Shown: positions 12,561-27,096 of the stretch, piece by piece | How positions within the stretch are numbered: the first letter of the stretch is position 1 | How the letters are laid out: each line of letters opens with the position of its first letter | From: Octopus vulgaris | Taxonomy: Eukaryota | Length of the DNA: 64,000 bases | Assembly (NCBI GenBank): GCA_951406725.2 | Contig: OX597819.1 | Coordinates: forward strand, 84,258,001-84,322,000 | Reading direction: 5' to 3' | Notes under the pieces: generated by a model | The model's input: only the letters and a program-made list of their open reading frames with translations | What the model was told of the DNA's origin: nothing | The model's database searches: none | Made by a program: the position numbers and the translations under genes

Positions 12561-15500
12561 GAACTTCATAGCTCCAGACCAAACTTTACAACCACTACAT
12601 CAAGGTCTTATTCACTCAGCCATTACGTCTCGATGAAAGACTGACTGTTCATATCTTCCAGCCATTGACATTATGTTGTGTGTCTGTGGCCAAGACAAAT
12701 TTCAAATGGATCAGTTCCTCCCCTAGTTGTAAACAAGTATTCTGCTAGGACCAAGCTTGCTACTGCTGTTAGCAGGAGATGCACTATGAAATGATCAATT
12801 GTTTCTTTAGCTCACAGTGCTGAGTTTATCCCCTCCTGCAATTGAATTCTACATCTCTCATGTAGAAGTCAATAAAATTGGCCACTCACTAATGGGCACT
12901 GTTAATGATGGAAAGCCAAGTAATTAACATAATTAATTAGCAACAGAAAAATTAAGTAAGGAATACAATATACAAAGAGTGATAATTATTATACTGAAAC
13001 AATTAAACTTATTTAATAGAATAATTGTTTTTTTAAGAGAGCAATGTCCAGTTCAGAGGAATTAAAGAGAGACAAATGTAGAGTAGAAGTTGACAAGCAG
13101 AGAGACAAGTACAGCTAAATATTTTCAAATTTTACTTTAGCACTAATTTATAGTATTTCCAGGAATTAGATTGTTGCATGTGTATGTATGTATGAATGCA
13201 TGTATGCATGCATGCATGAATGTATATATGTATGTATGTATGTATGAATGTATGTATGTATATATGAATGTATGTATAAATGAATGTATGAATGTATGTA
13301 TGGATGTATGTATATATATGTGTGTGTGTATGCATGAATGTATATACAGATGTATGGCATTGCATGTATGTATGTATGTATGTATGTATGTATGTATGTG
13401 TGTGTGTATGTATGTATGTATAGACAGAGAGAGAGAGAGAGAGAGAGAAAGAGAAAGAGAGAGATTAGGAAGTCTTAGTTCGTTTAGTTTGAAGCATTTA
13501 TTGTTGCTACAATTGCTGCTGAAGAGTGGCTTTCAAGATTCAATGATATTTCACTCAAATATATCATATGAAAATTATAATACATGATCAAAGAAAACGA
13601 CTGTATTATCTACTTATTTATTTTTTTACTTATTTATTTTGTGCATAACTCCCATTATGTTAAAGATACCTTACCTGAAGGTAATTCTTACAATATTTTT
13701 AGAAAGATGCAGTGTAGGTAATTAAAATATTCTGATTGAACAACTTGTATAATTGTTAAAAATTTCTTTGAAAAAGAACTTTTTAAATTTTGAAATAATA
13801 TTAAAAACTTTGTAAAAGTATCAAGCAGAAAAATGGCATTTGTTATTAACAAACGTAACTTACATCATGAAAGAACATTTGAAACTTAAAATATATTTAG
13901 AAATATAAAAAAAAAGAACACCAGTAACAAACATTACAACAAGAATAAACTATTGATATTCAACAAAATATATCTTCTTATCAGATTAAAACTTCGAAAA
14001 TGTTTTAAATAAATATTTTCAATGAGCATTGCAAAGAAACAGTTTTCTTGAGCTAAAATAGCTTAAATACAAATGGAATTCATTTTATGTATTGTTATGA
14101 TAGTGTAAGGTAAACATCCAATTTATGTAATTATAGGTAGATATATATATTTTAACTATTTTGCACCCATCTTTCCTTCTTGGCATGAAATTTACTGGAT
14201 TTTATTATTTTTTTCTTAACTAAGAAATAATGGCATTTTCTTTAGCTTTGGTTTATATAAGTAGTGAAAATGAGACTGCTATGGTTTAATTATAGCTTAA
14301 ATAGTTAACTGCAGAAATAATAGAAAGAGAAATTCCTTGGAGCAGCTTTTGTCCTCAAAATATAAAGCTTGATGCTGAGTTTAATGGGAGGGAATATATT
14401 ATGGAAGATGAGAAACAGAGAGAGACAAGTGCAATAAATGAGGTGCATGTTCGGAAAACAATAGTCTTTTATTAGAGTAGCAGAATTGGCAGAGATAATT
14501 CCAAACAGAGAGCATGGAACACTATCTCTCTTTCCACTTAGGTAATACCTACAGTAAACTCTGTATTTATCAGTGATAGATTATAGATCTATAACCTTTA
14601 CCATTCAGTTTGCCTCATTAATACAATTGTCAGAAAAAGAAAAATATCTGATGCATGCTTTAAGGTATAATGGGTTCCTGAGAAAGAAAGTAACACACTG
14701 CTAGGCCATACGTACTAACCCCTGCCTCCAGACCAAACCATAAAGGAAAAAATTAGAAGTAGCATCAAAACGATGGGAGGAAGTTAAATGTTAGAAATTA
14801 GCTGTCATGGATTTAGAGGTTTTATTTTATCTTTTACAATGAAGAATATGATCCAAAGCAAATGTCACAGAACGCACGCATGCACACACCCACACACACA
14901 CATTTATTTTATACTAGTGTCTGTCAGTTTTCTAATTGAACTAAGGTAACTATATTTCCATTAGCTTTTGAAATTGCTCACAACTCCTGACAAGAGTGTT
15001 ACTGTTTTTGGTGACTGGGTGGAATTTGAACTCAGAATGTTTAGAGCTGGAACAGATAGGCAAGGTTTGCTGCCTGACATTCTTGGAGCTGATGTAATCC
15101 AATCTTTCCAATGTTTGAATGTAATTAGTTTCTCAAAGATTTATTAAAATGTATTCATGGAAGAAGAAGTAATGTTAATCATATTAAAAACTGAAGTAAA
15201 GAGATTTACTTTATAGAGTAAACTTACATTATTTTTACTTTACTATATGAATAACTTGCTTTATCTAAATCTATATTTATCTATAGACGCAGGTATTTCT
15301 TTATCAGTGGATAGCTACCCCAAGCAATACAAAAGCTAATAAGTATTATGTTTAAATCCATATAATTAAAATTAAAGAAGTAGGTTTATAGAGTAAGCAG
15401 GTACAAATAGTGAACTAGAAAAATATGATTATCTTGTTTAATCCAATGTATCTTATTCCTGTCTTATAGTACATAGATATTACCTTATCAGCAGATAACT

Positions 15501-15696
15501 GTCCTAAGAAATATGAAGTTTAATCAGTATAGCTTTTCAAAATAATGTTTGTCAAATTGTTTGTTTTCCTGTTTTAACTAACTCTGAATTAAAGTCTATT
15601 GTATGATATCCTATTATTATCTCTTAAGAAAATTATATTTCAAATTGTAAAACAAATGTAACTGTTAATACTTCAGTATTCCCTGCTATACATACA

Positions 15697-15746
<50 letters not shown>

Positions 15747-16018
15747 TGCATGTGTGTATGTGTGTGTGTGTGTGCATGTGTGTATGTGTGTGTGTGTGTG
15801 TGTATGTGTGTGTGTGCAGGGTGTGTATTAACCCTTGAAACTGTGAATTAGTTTTAACTGGCTTATAAATAATATAAGACCCTACTCTATCAGTAAATCA
15901 ACCCAATCAATATTCCTATTTTAATTAATATTCTATTAATATTCCTATTTCAATTGACAAGTATGCCATTTCCAAAGAAATGACATACTTCAGTTTAAAT
16001 ATATATATATATAACATG

Positions 16019-16075
<57 letters not shown>

Positions 16076-16452
16076 GTATATATATACATATATATATGTA
16101 TATATATACATATATATGTATATATATATGTATATATGTACATACATATATATATATGCATATGTATTTATATATATATATATATGCATATGTATTTATA
16201 TATATATGTATATATATATATATATAAACATATTAAATTGTGTATCAATTACTTAATACAGTAATTAGAATATTGTCAAGTAAATTTAGTTGCAAAAATG
16301 TTCAAACATATACATGACAAAGTTTTTATACAATTTCGAATAGAAGAAAAAGTGAAGGCATTTTTTTTTTTTTTCAAATTATAACGCTTTCAAGATTATT
16401 CAAAATGCAACAGTTATGGTACATATGTGAGGTGATTGAAGTATTTACTTAC

Positions 16453-16500
16453 CTGTCATTGTGTATCGTTGTAAAATTGTTGAAACCACAGTTTAATGAT
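16453..16500 (-). CDS. Candidate 48-nt internal exon (SLNCGFNNFTTIHND)
   Basis: On the minus strand, strong acceptor ttattcattttttcag and donor CAG|gtaagt. One open frame, phase 2-2, compatible with 2548-2657. Confidence 0.55.
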
Positions 16501-18486
16501 CTGAAAAAATGAATAATTAAATAAATAAATTCTAATCAATTATATTTTTACTTAGTTTCTTTGACATTATCAAAGAAACTAAGGTATTAGTTGCACATAA
16601 AGCAAACAATAGTTAACGCATTGCTTGAGTAATTTAGTTAAATTGCTGTCATTAAGATATATAATTTCCTGTAGCAGGAATATTGGTAGAGTCCCAAACA
16701 CCAAATCACTGTGTTCAGACATAAAAATAGCTGTACACACTGAAACAGAATTTTGTCAGGGATAGATGATGTCAACAAGAAACTAACCTGGCAGACACAT
16801 TAAGAACTTGCTTTTATCAGTAGCTGGGCTGGTCTGTAAAACCACAATAGATCCAATAGATGCTTAGCATCTTAGAATCCCTGTTGTTGTAAACAACCTA
16901 TTTCTTTTCTTTTTCTTTTTTTTTTGGATAAACGTATTGAAATGTCATTAATGACTTTGTCTTTGATGTCTTTTTTTTGACAAAACATCGAGTGTGTATA
17001 TATATACATACATAGCCTGAGTGAAATGGTTCCTTCAAGCCCATATGTTTTGTGATTCTAACAGCTTTTAAGCTATAGATGTTTCTATTGCTTTTCTGGT
17101 ATCTGATGAAGGGAAAGGGCACAAGATTATGGAAGGCAAATATCATGCATAACTTTCGTACACCATTTAAGCAAAGATGGAGCATTTTAATAATGCTTGT
17201 TATACAGCATAAAAATATGAATTATTTCACATTGTTTTCTACACACAAGCAAAGCTATTTGAATTTGATTATTTAATTCATTATATTACTGATACATATT
17301 TTAGTAATCTAAGAAAATTAACCCAGTTTTGAATGGACATAAATAGATATTAAGACTGCAAACTGAGAACTCTTACTCTTATATATGAATAGTTCTTAAT
17401 AATTTTCAAATTATATCATTCATAAAATAGTTCTCGAAATATATTGTAAGATTTATTTTAAAATGAAAGTATAAATTATAATTATATAATACTATAGTTA
17501 TCTTGAATACAAAGATAAAAATATTTTAGTTTCCAATAAGTAGTTTGGCTGCTTAGTCACCAGTCTTGCAGACCTGGAAAGCATGTATACCCTTTTTTTA
17601 ATTTTTCCAGATATTGTTGAATAGTACAACTGCTGATATCATGGTTTGGATTTAGCAAACACCATGAACTGTATGTCTAACTCTAATATCATTACCAAGG
17701 CTTAATTCTTACTTTTATAAGAATTCATCATGAGTTACTTAGAAGTTAATCAATTTGGAAAAATTCAGATCTATTTTCAATATGTCTTTAATGCTTACTT
17801 TAAAGGAAAATTAAATTATGAAATCTAGAATACAAGAACGTGAAAATAATACTATTAAACACAAATAAGTTTTTTAAGTAAAGAAACTAAAAAGCATTAG
17901 TAAAATGAATGATGTACAAGTCATCATATATTGAATTTATTAAAGTAAAAATGTTTACTTTACTGTTCTTCAACAAAGTATTCTAACTTTATGGACATTA
18001 TAAAAATACATTCTTGAGTCAAACAGCAATTAAAATGACAACTCATGCCAGAAATCTAGATTACCCTTAAAGTGATATAAATTTTCTGGTAGTTTCATTG
18101 ATAGAGCTGTAGAGATAACAGTGGGAAGTGTTTTCATTTATAAATGCCACTTCCAGCAATTATATAAAATTTGATTTGTTATGATAAAAAAAGAGACGCA
18201 AAACTTTTGTAACAACCTAATACAAATACAGAAGGCTTTATGATAATGTATGTTAGATTTTAGTTATGATAACAGAAACCTCTTTAGTTTTCTATTTAAG
18301 GTACCACCCATTTCCTGCTGTTGGCATACATAGCCTAGTGCATATTCAGTCAGTTGTATAAATGTTTTTGTTTTTTCTGTAACAATGGTAGCTTGCACTA
18401 GGATAATATTATTTTATTATGGTCATACCTGTTATTTAATCAACAATAACACAATTCAAGGTGTGGAGTTGTAATTCTACTTAGAG

Positions 18487-18626
18487 TTGATTTGAATCAA
18501 CAAAAGTTAGTTAAATACCTTAGATTGGTGGCCCTGTGTTCCTTATAGCATCAGTATTGATTTGAATCAACAAAAGTTAGTTAAATACCTTAGATTGGTG
18601 GCCCTGTGTTCCTTATAGCATCAGTA
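18487..18626. repeat. Perfect 70-bp tandem duplication
   Basis: ttgatttgaatcaac...gcatcagta occurs twice. Confidence 0.95.
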
Positions 18627-19891
18627 TCAATATTAAGCTTTTAATAAGTTTTCATTATATGGCAACTATTTTAGATATTGCATACTATTTTAGATATTGC
18701 ATAAGCCAGTATAAATATGTTTCTATAAAAACAAGATTTTTATGTGATATTTGAATTTTAAATCATTTATCAAATGGTTGAGTATTCAAACTTGTCAGTG
18801 TATTCCAATTGATTAGCTTCTACTAAACAACCACTTATCTATAGAACTAAATATTCTTTTATAGGGATAGGGTTTGTAAAGTTGACCAAGAATTCAATAT
18901 AGAGAAAAGCTAACTGAAGAATCATGTCTCAAAAGAAAGGAAAAGCAATTATGAAAAGTCATTTTGGTAACAGTTGAGAGCAGGGAATGAAGTAAATGAA
19001 AAAACATTTTCCCAATGAGATTCTGGAAAATTCCAAGACTATAAAAGCTAAAAATACTGACTTCCATACTGTTTGACTCATTCTCCCACATTGCCCATTA
19101 CTCTTAAGGTTATTATTTTTATTCTTGAACCCCTTGGTCAACCCAGATCAAACTGACCTATGATCAATGGGGATCAGCCTATCTTCTCATGTATATTAAA
19201 TGCTACATTGTGGCTTTATTAAAGATAATTAGCTTTTTTTTTTATTTCTAGTGAGTTAAGTAAGCACATAAAGACCTCCCTCACTTGTTCATTACCTCTA
19301 GCAAATGAAGTGACTCTGTAAATACCTATCTTAATTGCTCTGGTTGAAAACAATACTTCTGCTTTGGATAGTTCCTTGCTTATTTAGAAAAGTTTATGTA
19401 TCTCAGAAGCATGAATGCACTTCTTTATTACTGTGGAGTTCCAACCAAAGAGAATAGCTTATTGAGCAACATCAAATAACAATTTGAGAGGGAATTCTGG
19501 CATTAAGAAAAGCCAAAAAGTAACATGAGGAATCATCAAAATCCAGTAACAATATTTATTTTGAGAGGTCCCACAAAATCCAGTAAGATGCGTTTCACAT
19601 CCTGAGCACCCTTTGCAAGGTGTTGTTCAATAGGATTGTAAAATTTAAGATATAGTTTTGAGTATATTCAGCAATCATAACAACATTTTAAAAGCATCAG
19701 TAGAAAGCAGATTTTTTTTTGTCTTTACCTATGAAAGTATAGTGAGACAGAGACACAAAAACAGGTAACTTGCTGTAGGGGAGGTACAAGATTACCTGGA
19801 GAGGTGAGGAGAAAGAAAGAGAGATGAGGAGTGAGAACAGAAACAATTTATGCAAAAGCATTTAACAATTACAACACCTTTCACCTTTTAA

Positions 19892-20110
19892 CCCTGTAGC
19901 ATTCAGATTACTCTGTCAAACATAATGCTTATTTATTCCCATTATTTTGAATTAATTGTGTTACATCATAGCTGTGAGATTTTGATGGTATGATTGTTTT
20001 ATTTTTAGAATGGCATTGTAAGATAGAAGTCAGATGTCTGATCAGGCTGGTTTGAACATAAAATAGGTAGGATGTTTGGGCCAGATATGGTCAGTTTGAA
20101 TACTAAATGG
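19892..20110. mobile_element. piggyBac-like MITE
   Basis: TTAA|ccctgtagcattc ... gaatactaaatgg|TTAA; related copies at 52752 and 54964. Confidence 0.65.
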
Positions 20111-20744
20111 TTAATAAAGTAATACAGTAATTCACATATGGAAAAGGTGCACAAGAAATAAAACTGTAGGGAGCCCTCATAATAATGTAGCAGCTGTAGA
20201 TACCAAACAGGACAGCTATGGAATGATTGAAAATTGCTACTTCTTTATAAGAAATTAGTAGAAATTATGTGCTAACAGAGTCTAATCTACTGTGATTGCC
20301 AGGCCAGAACAAAATATATGATTGGCATATAAACAAACTTTTCAATCAATTTAAGTATGTTTGGGATATATTTGAGCTCTAAAAAGGCCCCTTTTTTACT
20401 GGCTTCTCTATCATGTGAGTTGAGTTAGATGGAAGCTACTCTGTCAAAAATACAGTGTGGTTAGCCGTACCATAATACAAAACAGCTTTTTATCAGCTGA
20501 GAGGGTCATTGTATTATTTACTCAGGCATTTTTATTAGTACAATTTATTTATTAAGCTCAGAAATCAATTAAGCTCAGAGATCAAAGTAGAATAGATGAG
20601 TGCCTCAACCACAAAATTTTACTGGCTTTTTTGTGCATCAAAACTTAGTAGTGTACACTGCTTTAAGACTTCAGATGAAAAACCATATGAAAGATTCTGT
20701 CATGGTAAATATTGCAGTATTGTGTGTTCTAACACAATACCTAC

Positions 20745-21035
20745 TTTTCTTCTTTCTTTAGAATGAGTTTCCTCAATCTGCACAGATGTTCCTCCAACTG
20801 TTTCTGTCCTCCATTGCTGATTCAACTCAAGAAATGATAGGCTGCTGTCAATCACTAATCTGTCAACATATGTTGTAGCTGACCAACCTCTGCTCTTGTG
20901 GTGGTGTGTTGGTTTCCAGAGTATCATATCCCTAATGCATTCATTCTTGACCTGGTAGTAGTGTCCAGCAAAACAGAGTCTCCTGATTCTGATTGTCTCT
21001 GATATCAGGAGAAGGTCCCTGTAGAGGTCTTTTAA
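20745..21035 (-). mobile_element. LINE ORF2 3' remnant (RTE-like)
   Basis: Minus strand RRLCFAGHYY...ILWKP...RG...TTYVD followed by a short simple-repeat tail. Confidence 0.55.
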
Positions 21036-21266
21036 GTTGTGATAAATTTTAACTTTTGGTATTAATACCGCTTCTGTGACTTTAATTATAAGAAACTAAA
21101 TATTGTAAAGTTTCTAATATTATAATTGCAAACTCAAAAAGCAACTGGGAAGTATAACAAATATAAAAAATATTAAATCTAAAAGCTAACGTTTGTACAC
21201 TGTATTTGTCTATCTATTTTTAATTACAGAGTGCTGGGAATAAATGTTTTATAGCCAATTCTTTAC

Positions 21267-21350
21267 CTTTTTCTCCTCTGCTGATTATATTGAGAGTTTT
21301 CTTTTCTTTCTTTTTTTTTTTGTTCATATCAAAGCAAATAAACTGAAGGT
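21267..21350 (-). CDS. Weak candidate exon (LQFICFDMNKKKKKEKKTLNIISRGEK)
   Basis: Acceptor ttttttttttaaccaag, donor AAG|gtaaag, 84 nt, open frame phase 1-1; not phase-compatible with 16453-16500 without another exon. Confidence 0.3.
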
Positions 21351-21789
21351 CTTGGTTAAAAAAAAAAATAAATGCAGACATTAAAAGGATGAAAGATCAA
21401 AGGCATATTTAATTATTTTTCATCACTGATACCAACTACATTCTTAGACATAATGCGAATGAGATACAGATTAACAGAAAAAAAAAGTGAGGGGGAAACA
21501 CAGAAAGAAAGACAAATAATTACTTTAAGCTTTAAATTAAAGGTATGATACAAATTATTGATTTTCTTCCTTTTGACATATAACAGCTTCAGTGTCAGGA
21601 TCAAAGTCTCATGTCAGTAACACTTATGGAATTTCAACTACGTTTCACAAACCGCATGTATAATACTCGCACTGACCATCAGCTTTCAGAAAAGTAAAAT
21701 TTTTACTCTGGAAAAGTAAGGTTTAATTTTAGATTTCCATATATATATTTTAGAACAAAATGCTTTAACAGTTAATTCACAACAGGTTC

Positions 21790-22292
21790 AGACATAACTG
21801 TTTGGTTAAGAAGTTTGCTTGACAAACAATGTAGTCTTGGGGTAAGTCCCACTATATGGGCATCTTGAATAAGTATCTTCTGCTATAGCCTCAAGTTGAC
21901 CAAATCTTTGAGTAGATTTGGATGTTGGAAACTGAAAGAAGTCCCTTGTGTGCATGTATATGTATACATGTGTGTATACGTTTATGTGTGTATGTGTTTA
22001 TGTGTGTGTGCTTATGTTTGTGTCTGTGCATGTGCAAATGTGCTGTGTATGTGTGAGTGTGTGTGTGTATTTGCGCATGTGTCTTTGTGTTAGTGTTTGT
22101 TCCCCGCTACCGATTGACAACCAGTGTTGCTTAGTTTACGTCCCCATAACTTAGCAGTTCAACAAATGACACCAATAGAATAAGCACCAGGCTTTAAAAA
22201 ATGAGCACTGGCATCAGTTTGTTCAACTAAATTCTTCAAAGTGGTGCCCCAACATGGCTGCAGTCCAATGACTGAAACAAGTAAAAGATGAA
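21790..22292 (+). mobile_element. SINE family A
   Basis: Similar to 6739-7140. Confidence 0.8.
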
Positions 22293-22979
22293 AAATAAAT
22301 GCCTACTACTTGTTAGAATAAAATTGTTAATTTTATTTGAAATTTTTATGATGGCATAAAAATATAATTCAATCATATTTAAAACTATGTTTAAAAATAT
22401 TATGGTAAATGTGGACATATTTTACAAATTCTAATCCAGAAATTAAAGATCTCCAGTAATTCTTCAGTAACTGTGTGGCTGCTCACCTAACCATTGGGTA
22501 TCTTCAGTAGTGTTCACTGTTTCAAGCATTTGGACTAAGTCTCCAGTCCAATGCTAACTCAATATCTTGACTTGCTGTTTCCTTCTGCACAACCACTAAG
22601 TCATGGTTTTTTTTCCTTCCTTCTCCATCAGTCTCAGAAATCCTGCAAAAAGGTTATGAACTTTGTTCTTCCTCTTTGACTGAGCATTAAAAAATGTTTT
22701 AAAGTCTAATGTTTTGCAGAATTGCAGTTTAGTGTCAATAGACAACAGTTTGTCTAAAAAGCAAGAGAATGATGAAGTTCAATGCAATAGAGTCTTTTTT
22801 TCTTATCTTTATTGGATCAATTGCTTCTTTTTAGGCTTTGTCCATAAATAATTGAACAAACTTTAAATAGGCACTTTTGCAAATCTTTAAAGACTACTAC
22901 TACTACTAACAATCACACACACATGTATATATCATGAGTTATAAGTGTTTACATGAACAAAATCAGAGTACTCAAGTAC

Positions 22980-23157
22980 TCTCCACACCACTGATGTTAT
23001 CCAAGGAAAAGGCAAAGGCCGATACAGCTTGGCACCAGTGATGTCGCAACTCCTTTCTACAGCTAAGTTAACTGGGGCAATGTGAAATAAAGTGTCTTGC
23101 TCAAGAACACAATACACAACCTCACAATCATAAGCTCGACGCTCTAACCACTGAGTA
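22980..23157 (-). mobile_element. SINE family C fragment
   Basis: Reverse complement of 28480-28680. Confidence 0.7.
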
Positions 23158-23169
23158 TGGTTGTAATAT

Positions 23170-24600
23170 CATTGTTTCAATTTACCTTCTACCATACCTA
23201 CACAGTGTTTACATATGATGTTTAGGGTTGTTCAGTGGAAGTAACTTCTGCCTCATTTATAATTACTTCAGCATTGTATGATTGATTAAGGGAGTATACG
23301 TTTTTATATCTGTACAAGTAGTTAACCATGGTTAATTTAGTTGGTTTACTTGACATTAAGTTATGCATCTATCACTCAGTTTCACTTTATTTCTATATCA
23401 GTGGCTGATGTAGGAACATTTATTTATTAGAGCTAGAATTAGACTTAATATTCAAGAAGATAGATATGAATCAGAAAGTATTATGGCATCTTTTCTTTCT
23501 ATTGGATGACAAGGGGTTGGAGATATATATGATCTTATTCTTGAGTCTGCTACATTTATCATAATAGAATTGCATTATTGAATGTTTATCTTTTATTTTT
23601 ATTCAATGGCATGTGAAAGATTCCTCTAATGATATTAATCCACCAAACTTGAAAACTATGGGAGAATAGCAGGATTGCAAATTACAATTTTTCATTAGGT
23701 TCGCTATAGAATAAGTTTTCTTTATCAATAGTCAGGAAAGAAGTGCTTCCCAATATCTGTTTTTTGCTATATTAGATTTTGTACTGAATCAAGGTGGGGG
23801 TATAATAGGAAAATACTTTCTTTTTGACTATTGATAGAAAACTTTTTAACAGACATAACATAAAAATTAGGTATAGTTGCACTAAAAACAAGAAAAATAT
23901 TATATCACATACATCCATTAACAAAACTGAAGGTATTTGCTTAATCAGAAACCCTAATACATACAAACTTGACGAATCCTGCAACATAGAAACAATAATT
24001 TATAAGACAGAGATTACTTTCATAAAAACCAGACTAGCAGAAGCATATAACCATTACAGGGATGTGAAGAATAAAAATTCAAACAAAGATTTTAAAATTC
24101 TATATACCCCTTTAAGCACATTAAAAGAAAACTACAAAATTGGTCAACCACAACTGGAAATTTAAAGAGAAGGCTTTCAATGAAAAAAATCTGGAAAATT
24201 TTCAGAACATATGAAATAGGAAGACCATAGTAAGTAGGACCTGTTGATAGCAGAATAGATGAGAGCTCAAAAGCTTTACAGACAAGACCTCTATTTAAAC
24301 ACCAGATCAGTGATATTTGAGAAAAGCAGACAATGTGAAAGATAACTATGATGCTGTTGGGAAACACTACCTTCACCCAAGAAGAACCACATATATTCAC
24401 AGACATTTAATCATAGTTGAGTCTATAATGCAACACAGTCTGCAATGGAACATAGAAAAGAAAGAGTTAAACAGAAAACAAAACACAAATGGAAATTTCT
24501 CACTGAAAAGTTTTCTGTAGAGGCTCTGTCTTTTGAAAATTAGATAAGAAATATTTCAATACAAGCAATCTGAGAACATCATTTCTGGAATCCAAGTTGT
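23170..24600. mobile_element. Highly decayed PLE remnant
   Basis: Plus-strand KLFNRHNIKIRYSCTKN and CNIETIIYKTEI match the PLE RT/endonuclease linker. Confidence 0.5.
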
Positions 24601-25166
24601 TTTTGTTATGCAATAATATTAAAATCTTTTCAACTAAGCAAAGATGACCACATTATTTCTTTCTACTGCTACCATGCTTGTAAGCAGGCATGAAAGCAAG
24701 GATAGACTAGATTATATTAAAGGTATAATCACTATTTTCCCTCAATCTACAAACATATTTTGAAAGATCAGTCACAAATTTCCTGTATGGATGATCAACA
24801 AATGCCTGTGCAAGTAATCCCTCATCTTCATGTAGATGTCTTAAGACAACCATGTTAAGTTGGATATAAATTGGATATACTGCTTCTGTCAGTGACTGAC
24901 AATTATATATATATAAATTTAAATTTAAAATTAGGGTGAGAAATTGGATATTAATTTAATTAACATCAATTTAACACCAGTGGTCTAGCATATTAAAATC
25001 TGAAGGTTCAGTAAATTATATTATATACATATATGAGAGGGATGAGAGGAACAACCCTTATGCTAGAAGTAGATCCACTATGGTCTTACCACTAAGAAAT
25101 ATTCTCAAGAAAAATTTAGCAAACACCAGAACGTAAGCATAGTGGTCATCCCTCTCATATATGTGC

Positions 25167-25198
<32 letters not shown>

Positions 25199-25337
25199 AT
25201 GTGTGTATGTGTGTGTGTGTGAGTGCGTGTGTTTGTGTGTGTAGATAGATAGACATATAGATAGATAGGTAGATAGGTAGATAGGTAGGTATGTAGGTAG
25301 GTAGGTAGGTAGATAGATAGATAGGTAGGTAGATAGG

Positions 25338-25391
<54 letters not shown>

Positions 25392-25869
25392 CACACACAC
25401 ATACATATATATATGTACATGTGTATACATGTACACACACATATATACATATATATATATATGCACATACACACTTACACACTCATACACTCCATCAGAA
25501 AACTTGTTGCAACATGATCACAAAGACTAAAAATCTCATACCAAATAAATACGCAGTTGCTTATTGTTTGTGTTTAAAATCTAATTTTATTCCCTTTGTA
25601 TAGCAGAATCAGTGGTGGGAGAAGGTGAACAACCATAAAGGATTATTGAAGTAATTACTAGGGCCTCAAAATAACTCATCTGGTATGTTATATATTTTAT
25701 TGATCCATACCATGCCAGAGTAAGAAAAGAGAAAATGACAGATAAGATAGCTTAGTTAATTATTGGGTCTGCCAAAGAACCTAAGATGTTTCCTTTAATA
25801 TGATGTATACTATTTATCTCTTCAATAAAATTTATTGTTTCTAAAATAGGTATTTTTGACATGATTGCT

Positions 25870-26690
25870 TTGAAGGTAAAATAAGCATTATTTTTTACAT
25901 TATAATACTTTCTCTTTCTTTGCAGATAACTTTATATCAATGTGGTTAATTTCATATTGATTTTACTCTTTTAAAATGAGTTGAGAACAGACTCGTGTTT
26001 TATGAATTCCAAAGGAGTTCTTCACCAATGAAAGTGGCAAGAAATATTCATTCCATCTATGAAAATGGAGCTTTAAGTGTCAATATAAGCCAAAAATGGT
26101 TTGCTGAATGTCACTTAAGAAATTTTTTTTCTGGCATATTCCCCTTGATCTAGACAAGCAAGTTGTGTCGATACTGAGTTTCTGAAAACTAGCTGAGTAA
26201 TATCCAAAGCAAAATGCAGAAGAATTAGCAAAGCAGTTTAATTCAACACACACTTTAGTCATAAAATACCTTCATGAACAAGGAAATGTATCTAACTTGG
26301 TCACTGGATTTCTCATCTTTTAACTGCTCCTCAGCTTTATCAAAGAGTTACCCTCTGCCAGACCTTTCCTGGAATCATCACATATGATGAAAAGTGGTTT
26401 CTCTATAATCTGACTCAACAAAACAACAATGGTTAGCATTCAATGAAAAGGAAGAATCCATCCCCAAACTGAAAAAATACCTGAAAAAGTTATGCTCTAT
26501 GTCTGGTGGGACATGAAGTTTTGTTTATCATGAAGTGTTAAACCAAAATGAAATAATTAATGCAGAGAAGTATTGTTATCAGTTGTAAACAGTTTACAAA
26601 ATCTTGCCATAAAAACAGCCATTATTGGTCAATCATAAAAGGGAAATTTCTCTTACATAATAATACTAAAGAAAAGTTGCAATTGTTTCT
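25870..26690 (+). mobile_element. Mariner transposase remnant
   Basis: YENGALSVNISQKWF, DEKWF, KKVMLYVWWDMK, INAEKYCYQL; multiple stops and frameshifts. Confidence 0.8.
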
Positions 26691-26704
26691 ATCTATGGCA
26701 TGTA

Positions 26705-27096
26705 AATACATGGCTATGGCACTCTGTCGGTTACAATGACAAAGATTCCAGTTGATCCAATCAATGGAACAGCCCGCTCACGAAATTAATGTGCAACTGG
26801 CTGAGCAATCCACAGATACGTGTACCCTTAACGTAGTTCTCGGGAAGATACTGCGTGACACAGAGTATGACAAAGCTGGTTCTTTGAAATACAGGTACAA
26901 CAGAAACAGGAAGAAAGAATGAGAGTAAGTTGTGGTGAAAGAGTACAGCATGATTCGCCACCGCCCCCTGCCAGAGCTTCGTGGAGCTTTAAGGGTTTTC
27001 ACTCAATAAACACTCACAACGCCTGGTCTGGGAATCAAAACTGCAATCCTATTACCGCAAGTCTGCTGCCCTAACCACTGGGCCATTGCGCCTCCA
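26705..27096 (-). mobile_element. tRNA-headed SINE, family D
   Basis: Minus-strand head ggaggcgcaatggcccagtggttagggc...gattcccagacc; related sequence at 47485-47970. Confidence 0.75.

Noticed and set aside
13675-13785. Possible exon with two GTAAG donors
   Set aside because: The stronger donor has stops in all frames; the other has weak support.
16788-16833. 46-nt AG/GT-bounded segment
   Set aside because: The only open frame ends in phase 1, incompatible with the next candidate exon.
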